Assembly (NCBI GenBank): GCA_023231475.1 | Contig: JALJEE010000757.1 | Location: 1-35,460, forward strand | Length of the DNA: 35,460 bases | Direction: 5' to 3' | DNA from: Seison nebaliae | Lineage: Eukaryota | Shown: positions 24,301 through 35,460 of the stretch, piece after piece | Numbering within the stretch: the stretch's first letter is position 1 | How the letters are laid out: every line of letters starts with the position of its first letter | Position numbers and translations under genes: made by a program | Notes under the pieces: generated by a model | What the model saw: only the letters and a program-made list of their open reading frames with translations | Told to the model about the DNA's origin: nothing | Database searches by the model: none

Positions 24301-27300
24301 GTAAGTAGTTGCATTAGGTGATCGAATATGCAAATTCCATAATAAAATATCATAACGTGCATTCTTTATGGCTACTTGAAGATAACGTGGAAATATACCA
24401 TCTTCCGTAGCTGAATCCGTTTTATAATAAAGATTGAGAGATGAATAATTACTTTCCAATAATTCAGTCACATATCCAAGAGATAATATCTGTTTTTTCA
24501 AAAGGAAATCAAGTAAACGATAGTCCTTCAAATTCTCTGAATATTCCAAAAATAATGTGGAATTCTTATTATTGTGAATTATGTGTATGGAATAATGATT
24601 AATGTCATCGATATATTTCTCGTATTTATATCCGAGAATTATCTTAAACATTTTTTTCTGGTCAATATTTCGATTAATGATTAAATTGAAATTATTGGGA
24701 ATCCAATAATTCTTCCATTTGAATGATTTCTTTATTTCCAACATGTAATTCTTTCGAATATTCAACAACAATTGGAGATTTCCTCTCGTTTCTTCATCAG
24801 ATCGTAAGAAATCTTGAACAACGGCCAAACGGAACAATTGTGTGATCATTTTCGTTTGGTTTTGATATACGTTTACTTTCAACAACCATTGATTAAGACT
24901 TTTTAAATCAACTCGACAAACGACAGTTGTAAAATTTGAAGCGTGTCGACTCTGATTACCCATCACACCTTTCATCGTAAAATTTCTAGTACCAAAAATA
25001 TGAAAATTTACGTGTATTTGTAATGCCATGTTATTAGCAGTGTATTTGACGAAGAATTGCTTTGGTAGGACGATATATTTATTTTTCGTGAAATAAAGTC
25101 TTCGTTTTTCATGAAATAGAAGTCGCAATAAAAGATAATTACTATATTTGGGAATAGCAAAACTGATGTCGATTTTCTTAAACGAATCGAGAACATCATT
25201 CATAATTGACATTTTATCTTTCTTCAATAAAATTCTATCGATATCGTTCACATTCACTTCGATAATTACTTTTTGAACATAAATCCGTTTCTTGGCTGTT
25301 GAGATGACGAATTCATGATTGAAATGTGTCTCCGAATAATTCAAGGAACCTTTTATAAATATTGAAGATCCAGACAATCCTCCAACAATATTCAAACTCT
25401 TCTTCTTTCCCAAATAATCGACAATCCCATTAAAATGGAGAACTGATACTGATAGTTTATCTTTTAATAGAATACTTAACAGTATTGGTTTGCCCTTGAT
25501 AAATTTCCATTTTATTTCCAATTGCGCCCTAATCCATGTAGAATTTAGACGACTCACTGAACAATTCAATTTCCATGACAAATGAATCTGATTTTGGTTC
25601 CATTTCGTTTTCCGAAGGGGGTAATTTAGTTTAAATTCTGTTAATTTTTCTTTCTCTCCAAAATTGAATGAAAACTTCGATAAGTTGGCATGATGATTTA
25701 GTGAAATATTGGAATAATATTGTGTTAAATTATAATTGATTTCTGAACGAATTAACCAACTACAACTCTTCCAATTGTACCAGAGTGGTAATTGACAGAA
25801 ATAATTTTTTTTCAATAAGAAACTCGAATTAACTTTTAAAAGTGAGATATTGAACATTTCTAATGTACTTAGGATATGGAAGGAATTGATCTTCTTCCAA
25901 TAACTATATTTGAATTGATGATTTATACTGCTGAGTAAACTTATATGAGTTTGGAAATTTGATATGACATTTAAATTTTGAATTTGATCAATTTTCAATT
26001 GATGGATAAATTGTGAACGTTTCCCTGTCAGTTTATTCAATGAATTATAAGACAATTTACTTTCCCAAAAATAATAAGAATGATTATAATGAAAGGAGGC
26101 ATTGGCCGTGAAATCTTGAGTTAAATTGAAGATGATGTAAATCGAACGGTCAAACCATTTCAAGTCACGTTTTAAACATAATTGAAAATGATTCCGATTT
26201 GCTGTCGACGTAATATTCAATGACATATTCTCTAAACGATAAAGTAGATCATAAAAAGAATGGAATTTGGAGAGATAGGATGACAATGTTCCTTCCATTA
26301 TCATATTCAGTTTATATCGATTCTCAGGAACATAAAACAAAGTAGCGGTTGAAATTATTTGATATCGATAATGTTCCTTTAACTTCTTCAATTGTAAACC
26401 ACCTTTCAAATTCATGTTAATTAGAGAGGATGTTATTTCTAATTCGAAATTTTTACGTATTCGATCAAGAAACATTGCCAATTTGAAATATCGTTTTATC
26501 GTCGATTTATCCGTACTGAGACTGAGGAAGAAATCGGGTTGTTGACCTAACGGTTTTAAATCAACCATCTCCACAAATAAATTGTAACGTCGTAATTCTG
26601 GTTCCCGTTCAATAGTGACGGAAAAAGATGGTATTAATGAAGCATTCGTATTAGAATAACGAACACAAGTTCTAATTCCAGTCATTTGTTTTATATAATC
26701 AGAACTACAAAATTTTAGATTATCACTTTTCTGTCGAATGGGAACAAAACGATCTCTGGAGAATGAATAAGCATAAGTTTTCAATTGGAAAATTTTTTGA
26801 AGTGCATTTGTCAATCCGATTGACGATTGAATAGTTTTCTTATTCGTTCCTCGATTATGGATATCATGCCAATGATCATATATCATATCAAATGATAATT
26901 CTAATACCGATTGAGTATTGACACCAAATACATGATATTCATTAAAACGAACAAACACATTAATACTTGCCGTTACAACAAATGATGGATAAATTCTTCC
27001 TCTCGATTCATAAATTTTGTTTGATGTTGTCGTTTTTGTTTTCATTCTGAAACGTGAATGACTAGTTGCATTGAAAGCTAAATAAATTGGCAGCCCGATA
27101 CTTGTCGGTAACTTGTCCACCATATCCAACAATAAATGGTTCTTTAACATATGACCATTCACCTGATCATTGGGATGAGAGGAACTTTTGGAATCAGATT
27201 GACCTGTTTGTTCATTGATGAATTTCAAAAGATATTTCAAAAATGCTTCTCGACTAATCAGAGTTGTAATGAAATCTAATGGAACTTCTTTCCGAAAAAA

Positions 27301-29821
27301 TAAAATATTTTCAGTTAACAATCGGAGAAACAAAGAAAAATGGAATTTCTCTTCACCGAATTTCTTATATTTCTTATATTTCTCTTTAGTTGGATTGATA
27401 TGTTCCTTCTTATAATATCGCTCGATTAATAACTCCAATTGATGATGACGTAAATGTAAATCGATCACATTAATTTCTATTCCAAATATCGCCACTGTTA
27501 CATTGAGATTGGCAGATCGTGGTAACCAGTTCTCCGTCGTATATTTCACCGTCATCGAAACGTCCATTCCCAACCGTTTCATATAATTGTAAGTTGAATA
27601 TCGATAATTCTTTGAATAAAATTTATTGAATAATTGGAATTTGTTTCTTAAATATTTATCGTCAATTATCATCATAAAATCGATATATTCCGTTGCCGTT
27701 TGAGGATATCGACTACTTTCGATATTAGAAAGATGACTCCATACGAATGATTGTAACTGATCTGATTCATCATCATCTTTTAACAAATTATAAATTTGAA
27801 TGAATAATTTATTTGATGGACATTTTATTAAAGTTTCGTAGCACTCCATTCTCAATTCCACATTCTCTTCCTTATCCAATAGACATTGTCTCATATCGAC
27901 TAATAACAATTTCCCAAATTCGTGTGAACAATTTCGTTGGATGAACTGTGTCATTGTCTTTATTAGAACAATTTTAATTTCAATTTTTTCAAAATTAGTA
28001 TTTGAGAAATCAGCCAAATTCCAACATTTTCTTAACAAATCAATTAAACGTTTATCGATTATCGCTATTTCCGATAACGTCTGCAACTTATATATCGTAT
28101 GATCCACATTACTCTGTTGACAAGCATTGAGTACTTGTTGTTCGATATATCTCTTTATCTTTTTTATCATTCCATTCGTTTGACAGTTATTCATCTGACA
28201 AAACTTCTTCATCATTGTCATCATAGAGAAATGTAATTTTGCAATTAATTCAGTTTCATTCGATTCCAATTTCTCGTAATATTTTATGAGATTAAGAAAT
28301 TCTTTTAAAGCAAACGTATTCATTAAATTCGTTTTCCCATATGATAATTGCATTCGATTAATAATCTTCATTTTCTCCAAAATTCTTCTCCGACATGCCG
28401 GACATAAATAATTCGTTATAGAATATTTTATGGCACTATCCGTTCCTGCCACCATAATAATATCATCGAAAAATGATCTAATAAAATTTGAAATTAATTC
28501 GATTAGAAAACAATCAAGAACTTCGCTTCAAAACAGTTGAGACGTTTATGAATCTTTTCCATTTCTTTATACGTCGATTTCCTTAACAGTAGAATCATGT
28601 TAGCAAATATTGACGGATATCCATCGTACCGAATTTCTTTTTTGCAGAAAACATTCAATCTGCTTACAATTTCTTCAAGACGATCAATTTTTGGAATAGA
28701 TTGAAAAATTGGTAATGAATGATCATATTCGATATCTTCCCGAACATATGATTCCATGTGTAACAAATCTGGTTTTTAATGGACAATTGATGATTTTAAA
28801 TGATAATTTAAAATCTAACAATTCGTCAAATTTTGAACATCTTTCAACTTATCTAAATATTCTGTTGTTGTATAATTTATTATCATCTTTATACAAGTGT
28901 CGGTATTAGTTTTGTATGATTTGGGAACACGAAATCGATACCATTCAAAACAATTGATGTCAGCAATAAAATTACTCTGATTTGATAATTTGTAAGTGCA
29001 TGTATATTCTTGTGTCAATCCAATGATACGAACACCTTCTTTTAACTGAAAGAATTATTACAAAATGAATTTTAATGAGAATTAACTTTTGAATTGAATG
29101 AAGGAGAATAAGCGAATGGATAATCGATTCCACTCATTACTCGATTCTTACAATTTGATAACATGATATCTTTCAATACATAGATATCCGATCTCAAATA
29201 AGTGACGGGACAATTACCCAACACACTCTTCTCATTTGCATATTCCACGTCCGTGTTATAAACAGATTTCGTGAGCTGGAACACTGATATGATGCCTCGC
29301 TTGAAATTTTTACTCCAAATTGTTTCCTCTTTGGCGAAGTAAATATCTTTCACTTGTCCAATACTGTAGTGGTAATAGACGGCAAATTTCTCTAAATCCT
29401 TCCCTATATCATGCATCGTTTTATTAACGGAATTGAATGCTTCTTCAATTTGCATACCAGATATCTATCAATTTGAATTATGAAGAGGAATCAAATGAAT
29501 AATGGAATTGTAATGAAATAATTGAAAAATAACTTTTAATCTCCAACGACATCGATCCATATAAGTCATAGATATATAGCATTCGAGATGGAATTTTGCC
29601 CCTTGATTAGTGACAGAGGCAGTGTAATTATAATTATAAGATGTCCCAATTTCAACATTCCCATGTAAATGCTTCTTATCAATAACGCATTCATAATCAT
29701 CGAATTTGTGAGAGGCATAGTCTACAATCGAGGGAGTTAAGTCGAACATGATTTTGAAGAATGAGTAACTCGAATGAAAGAAACAAAATATAATTGTCAA
29801 GTATAAGTGTAATAAAAACAT
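18340..29821 (-). CDS. Large lipid transfer protein (apolipophorin/vitellogenin-like), 5 exons, 3758 aa
   Basis: Exons 29821-29534, 29464-29087, 29045-28820, 28768-28522, 28477-18340 (introns 69, 41, 51, 44 nt) link five track ORFs. Signal peptide; Vitellogenin_N motifs WSKNFKRGIISVFQL, EKSVLGNCPVTY, ELRMECYETLIKCP, QLQSFVWSHLSNI; DUF1943-like WLPRSANLNVTVAIFG and LPTSIGLPIYL; C-terminal vWD-like (ILNFDGR, GKVSGIFGNQNNEKCDD) and vWA-like (LDIVVMYE, RIAFVTYG) segments. Confidence 0.9.
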
Positions 29822-30380
29822 AATAAGAACATAATATGAAACAAAGTTTGGAAATTTTTATTTTTGATGCTTCTCATCTACTCATATTATAATAGATATT
29901 AGTTTGAACTTTGTTTTTACGTCTGCGCCCCTTTCTTAATCCCCTTCACAACAGTTACATTATTGTCCTTTTTTAATTATCAAATCAATCAAAATATGCT
30001 GATCTCATCATTGTTTCATATGACTTTCTAAATATTCCTTAGAAACATTATGATAATCATTCACAGTTTTCCAGCTCATAAGAATCAGTATAAATAAAAT
30101 TAAAATTTATATCTATGTCGTTAGTAAATTATTCAAGTTAGCTTCCTAATTCTGTTGTAAGAATTTAAAATTCACTAATAACTCTATGTGGCTATTTTCA
30201 AAAATTTCCGTTGGTGAATTTTTCAAATTATTCAAATTTCTTAAATTTTATCATTTGCCGAAAATTATAATGAGTAGAATAAATTTAGAATAAAATATCC
30301 TCATCATATAAACGGAGATTTTGATAAAAGTTTTTTTGGTCGTCATTTTTTTGCTGTCCGAGAACTCGTTCCAATGGTTC

Positions 30381-31715
30381 TTATACTACGTATAAACAGT
30401 AGGAATTTAAAGTATTACCTTTATTATCTACTATAACTTCACTCGATTCAAGATAATTTCCCATTATCCATCCAGTTTGAAATAAATCGTTAAACCGTTT
30501 TGAAGACAATTGAAAATATATTAATGATTGCATTATTATTATGTTCTGGCGAGAATGCAAATTAATTTCCAAGTTGTTGAGAATTATATAATGTGTTATT
30601 CTTTTTGCTAGGGTTTTCCAAGTTCAGAAACAATACAGAAACATCCAAAGGTTGACAAAGATATATCGTTTTGTCGGGGATTCTTTTAATCTTAATTGTT
30701 GAGTTCCTCGATAATTCATCTTCGAGACAACAATGTTTCAATTGAAACCTCGCCAACCATCCAGCAAAATTGTCGAATTTTCTGGCAAAAAAGGAATTAA
30801 ACATTTTTTTGCCCATTCTTTGGAATGCTCAATTGTCATTTTCCCACTTTTCGACCAATTGATGGTAGTATTCGAAGGAATGAAAAGATGACTTAAGATG
30901 TTTTCCGAAATATGGCCAGACGGTTCTTTAAGAACAATATACAATGGTCCGGTGAATACTCCGGAAGGCGAAATTGTTGGCATAATAGTGTAAGAATGAG
31001 TGGTGCTGCTTACACTTCGTACCGAACCTTTAATGTGTTTTTCTCCGTTTAGGTTTAAGGTGCGGCCGACTGTCAACTCCAAATTGAATCCAGATTGATC
31101 GGCGTTAAATAATCTACCTGGATGGATCGACTTTGCAATTTCATTCTTAATTGTTGCGCTGAATCTTCTAGCGGATTCAATGAGGTTCGGTTCGTTTTCA
31201 ATATTCTTCTTCGACAAAAGTTTAGTTATTTTTCTCGATCCAATATTAAATCGTTTCTTAAAATTATTAATGAACGATTGTGAAGCGGCAAAATTCGGTA
31301 TGTTCTCATTTCTGCTGTTGATTTTTAACGATAAATGCTGCAGATCAATGTCCTTTACGGGGATCATTTTTGCACGCAAGGACACAAATTCTATGAATAA
31401 TTCTTCATTTAGGTTTCTAAAAGAAGTTTTCTTTCTGATCGTATCGTTCTTAATTTCTCTTTCCCATTTATCCAACTGACGTTCTGACAACATAAAACGA
31501 AAATTTGAACGAACGCACGAAATTGATCTTCTTTTCCTTTTCTTGGAACTTCTCCAGAAGGCAACAGCTTTTGTTTTCTTTGCAAATTCAACATCGTCGG
31601 TACTGGAAATTGTTTCATTCATAACCGTTTCATCATCCTTTTCAACATATTCTTCCTCTTCTTCATCATCATAATAATACGCAATTAAGGAGACTAAATG
31701 ATTTTTCGAGAAAAT
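30381..31715 (-). pseudogene. Tc5/pogo-like DDD transposase pseudogene (CENP-B HTH + DDE_1)
   Basis: HTH (FAASQSFINNFKKRFNIGSRKIT), catalytic motifs FNADQSGF, LLDGW, QPLDV, C-terminal INLHSRQNIIIMQSLIYFQLSSKRF; two frameshifts (near 30745 and 30625); frame open upstream to about 31715 without a start. Confidence 0.88.
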
Positions 31716-31920
31716 TTAAGCCCATTGGCTTAATAATCTCTAATTAGTCACTGGTTATATCCCATATTATATGGATATATCCATTGGAATGGATGTTGCA
31801 CTGGAGGTATGGAGTTCCTTCATCATCATTTATGGTTAATGGTTGATGGTTCCATCTTCTATTCACTTCTTTCATTCTTCGGTGACATCATTTCATTATA
31901 TTGGTTATATCCCATAGTGA

Positions 31921-32358
31921 TTATTTCTTGGTATCATAGATATCTTCTCCGATAATCGCATCATGTTGAATATTATCGAGAACCGTAAAGGTAACAGGGA
32001 TTGTGAAATCGCTGTTCAACTGCAATTTGACTTCAATTTTTTCTTTCGCCATCATTCTTGTTCCCGATATTCCTCCGAAGATCTCGTTACACTCGGTCGA
32101 TTTTATGGGGTTAATGTTACATCGGCATTTTGACGATGTCAACGATTTCTCTGCTCCTGAATCGATCAGAACTCTGATGTTAACCCCGTCGATTAGACAA
32201 TAAATGAATGATAATCCATTTTCTGACTTTATTTTTGAAACTGGTAAAATTGAACTCATCTTTTCATATTCTCCGAATTCTTATTCTTCTAGATCCCGTA
32301 TCATTTCTGCATTATTTACTTGTCGATGTGATGTATTTTGAGGGATATGATCATTATC
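31921..32358 (-). pseudogene. Gag-end/aspartic protease (retropepsin) fragment of an LTR retrotransposon
   Basis: IDGVNIRVLIDSGAEKSL active-site motif, GGISG flap, DAIIGED motif; same frame extends upstream through one TAA; no RT follows. Confidence 0.8.
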
Positions 32359-32800
32359 GAATCCCGGAGCGGTATTCACCTTATGGGGGAATTCACCCTG
32401 TTTCTCATTTTCGGAGAGGAATTCACTCAAATATCGGAGCGGAATTCACTCGATTGTTCCCCTTGTAAAATATTTTTCGGAGCGGAATTCACCCAAAAAG
32501 ATGTTTTTGGAGAGGAACTCACCCAAAAGTAGTTTTTCGGAGCGGAATTCACCCAAAAAGATGTTTTTTGGGGAGGAATTCACCCAAAAGTAGTTTTTCG
32601 GAGAGGAATTCACCCAAAAAGATGTTTTTGGAGAGGAATTCACTCAAAAGTAGTTTTTCGGAGAGGAATTCACCCAAATTTGAGGATTTCGGAGAGGAAT
32701 TCACTCTATTTTTAGTTTTTCGGAGAGGATTTCACTCTAATTTCAAATCTTCCAAGAGGAATTCACCTTCTTTCAGTTTTTCGGAGAGGAATTCACCTTT
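32359..32800 (+). mobile_element. Foldback/Mutator(Phantom)-like terminal repeat array, copy 2 (reverse complement of the 16995-17262 motif)
   Basis: About 15 copies of TTTCGGAGAGGAATTCAC; putative terminus GAATCCCGGAGCGGTATTCACC at 32359; central part is a ~60-bp dimeric tandem repeat. Confidence 0.7.
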
Positions 32801-33379
32801 TAATTTTACATTTCTTTCGAAGTTATTTCGGTTTTAGTAGTATTTATAAAGTACGATAAATGTACAATTTACTAAAACAATTTTGAAAGATAAAAAGAGC
32901 GGCAAATAGACTTAATACGTAATTATCTGGAGTATTTTATAATCTCCATGAATTTTATAAAAATAACTTTATGGAATAAGTATGAGAATAAAATTCGGAA
33001 ACGCATAACTAATTAATAATAAAATTAGTTTAAAGTAAGTTACTTTGAAGAAAAAAACATTTGCCTATTTGAATTTGAAATTTGAAAAATAATCATAATG
33101 TTCACTATTTCAAATAGTTTTGAAGTAATTCCATTATAAATCGCATTAGATATTATGTTTTCGATATGAAGGCGTCCTTTAATATTTAGTTCCTAATATT
33201 GGAAAATTTTTCTAAAAAGGCTCGGATTCAGATGGTCTTCAATTACTAACAATTTTCCTTATTCATCCATTATTAGTCCCTTTTTTTTATAGTTGTACTT
33301 TTTTTCCATTTTGTAATCTCATAGAATGATTTCATAGAAACTTTTCTTGTTCAACATAGATTTCGATTGAAAAAAATAA

Positions 33380-34363
33380 ATGGGATTCTTTTATTTTACA
33401 ATTCTTCTCACTATTTTACTTTTTAATAAAATTGACGGTGAGAAAACAAAATCTCATATCGCTCAAGTTGCGGAGAATGTAAAACTGACGTTCGACGGCA
33501 AAGTAGCATTTTATGAAATTGATGTGGTAGTGCAAGGAAGAGAAGAGGAAATTAAATTGAAAACAATCAGTACGTCACAAATTGAAGAAAAGATGATTTG
33601 GGGTTCTTGCAATTCAATAATAGCTAACCAATCTCCAAAAATCGATGATTCAGTTTGTGATGCTGCTATTCCACTGATACGTTCAAAACAAATTCTTTCA
33701 ATTATGGTTGGTCACAATCGGCAGCATTGGGGGAAATATTTCACAGGAGACGTAACAAACTATAACAATCATCTACCACCCGATCTTTCTTCAATTACTT
33801 CTACTACACCTCATTACTTTCATCCATCTTTAACATCTTCGATCTATGACCAAGTTCAATTGTTTTTAGAAAATATATTTCTTATTCTATTCAGGTCTTG
33901 CTTGAAATCTACGACGCGAATAAACCTGTAATTCAAATTCGATTCCTTAACGTTGGGAAGCCCGATAATTTTAACTGGTTCGATAAAGAGAGGATAGAGG
34001 AAATAATAGTATCCAATATGGTGAACGAAAATATTATAACTTCAATCGAAAATAGTGATATTGAGTTTTTCCAATATTTATCCTATATCTAACGAAAATT
34101 ATGTTTAATGAAAATTTCTCAGGTATCATAAGACACCATACGTCACTGAATTGGTTTTCACATTTGAAAACGCGGACCCTATCAAAATAAAGGTTTATTG
34201 TATTAGTGGTTGTATCAATGCGCCTGAAATTAACTATCGATTAAACAGATATGATGGTTAGTAATTTTATGTTCGGTTCACATTATATATTTAATTTAAC
34301 AAAGATGTCACACTTTCAGCAGAATTTGTAGTAATTTCGGGTTTACAATTAAATTCGTTCTAA
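33380..34363 (+). CDS. Uncharacterised secreted protein, 4 exons, 278 aa
   Basis: Exons 33380-33853, 33895-34064, 34123-34256, 34305-34363 (introns 41, 58, 48 nt); signal peptide MGFFYFTILLTILLFNKIDG; no TM helix. If the last intron is not spliced the CDS ends at TAG 34261. Confidence 0.7.
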
Positions 34364-34697
34364 TATACATTAAACTATTTTATATTATTTAACAAATAAA
34401 CAACGTAAATAACTAAAAATGTTTTCATCAATACATCGTTAATTGATATTCCTTATTTTTCTGAGATTTTTTTCCATTTTGTTAGAATACTTACAAGTTA
34501 ATATGAAATGTTTGTATTGCCTACTGTCTAAAATAAATTGTTTAACCGATATTTATCCCATCATATTTGTCTAGCGTCTAAATATCTCTGAGCTAAATGA
34601 ATTGTGTCATTGACATTTAATAGTTAATAGAACTAATAATTGATTTTTACAATCAAAATTACATTTTTTCTCGACATCTTTAAACATTCCATTCAGC

Positions 34698-34840
34698 GGG
34701 AGAAGGGCATAAGAGTCACCAGACAAAAGAGCCACGAGACAAAAGAGCCACGAGACAAAAGAGCCATGAGACAAAAGAGCCACGAGACAAAAGAGCCACG
34801 GTACAAAAGAGCCTTGGACAAAGGAGCCAGGCAGACTTTT
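34698..34840 (+). repeat. 15-16-bp tandem array (ACAAAAGAGCCAYGRG), foldback-type terminus, copy 1
   Basis: Begins GGGAGAAGGGCATAAGAGTCAC, about 7 units, ends GCAGACTTT. Confidence 0.8.
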
Positions 34841-34949
34841 AAAAATGCGATATTTACTATTCTTACTATTAAATGCGATCTTCGTTTACAATTCTTGACC
34901 GTACAAATCCACGATTTTGTACAATTATCATATTGTACATGTTAGTGAT

Positions 34950-35073
34950 GGGAGAAGGACATAAGAGCCACGAGACAAAAGAGCCACGGCACAAAAGAGC
35001 CACGGGACAAAAGAGCCATGGACAAAAGAGCCATGGACAAAAGAGCCATGGACAAAAGAGCCACGCAGACTTT
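34950..35073 (+). repeat. 15-16-bp tandem array, foldback-type terminus, copy 2
   Basis: Begins GGGAGAAGGACATAAGAGCCAC, about 6 units, ends GCAGACTTT; same orientation as copy 1. Confidence 0.8.
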
Positions 35074-35460
35074 GATTTTCTGAAATTTATTGATTGAAAA
35101 TAAGTAAAACACAGTTTATAACTATCTGGATTTTTGTTTTCCAAAATTTACAGAGGAATCGAGTCTTATCAGTTTGGAATTAAACTATTTCAAGATAAAA
35201 AATATACTGAGATCAGATAAACAAACACATCATCAGAAAGATGGTTAAATCTATAAAATGATAATAAGAATTATAAAGAAAACAACCCTGCTAGATTTGT
35301 ACAAATTTAAACAATCGTAAATATAGGGTTATTCATTTGGTTATAGACCTTTATTCGGATTTTGAAGACTTTTATTTATTTCATTCGGACTTTTATTCAT
35401 CGGATATAGATTTCTATTCATCAACTTTGGACAACTGGTCATTCAATCTGGATATCTATT

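Noticed and set aside
32359..32800. CRISPR-like repeat-spacer look of the GGAGAGGAATTCAC arrays (also 16995-17262)
   Set aside because: Spacers are only about 6-25 nt and often repeated, no cas genes, and the context is a spliced eukaryotic genome.
16995..32800. Single 15.8-kb composite transposon carrying the lipid transfer gene
   Set aside because: Apparent termini face inward, the arrays differ in spacers and copy number, no TSD seen, and the enclosed transposase is a broken pogo-type gene.
814..34363. GTT introns as copies of one introner element or as U12-type introns
   Set aside because: The introns share no internal similarity or inverted ends, and lack the U12 donor RTATCCTT.
32208..35144. 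Repetitive ORFs (ERNSPK, NSSPK, QKSHG, WLFCP repeats)
   Set aside because: By-products of 15- and 30-bp tandem DNA units open in several frames and on both strands.

Overview
AT-rich (about 30% GC or less, by eye), gene-dense eukaryotic nuclear DNA using the standard code, almost certainly from an invertebrate animal with a compact genome (a spiralian such as a seisonid rotifer is only a guess). Conserved genes: intronless Nup98-Nup96 with a half-size Nup96 moiety, a RING+PHD (PHRF1-like) gene head-to-head with intronless COG8, a 3758-aa apolipophorin/vitellogenin-type large lipid transfer protein with a 10.1-kb last exon, a BTB protein with a split BTB domain, and tRNA-Ser(GCT). Also present: several intron-rich orphan membrane/secreted genes, an AT-hook/coiled-coil ORF running off the left edge behind a predicted structured leader, and transposon debris (non-LTR RT, Tc5/pogo-like transposase, retropepsin, several unpaired foldback-type termini). 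Most striking signal: all 18 short introns I could reconstruct by reading frame, in six genes, start with GTT rather than the usual GTRAG, suggesting a lineage-wide shift in 5' splice-site recognition. All gene models were built by hand without transcript data.
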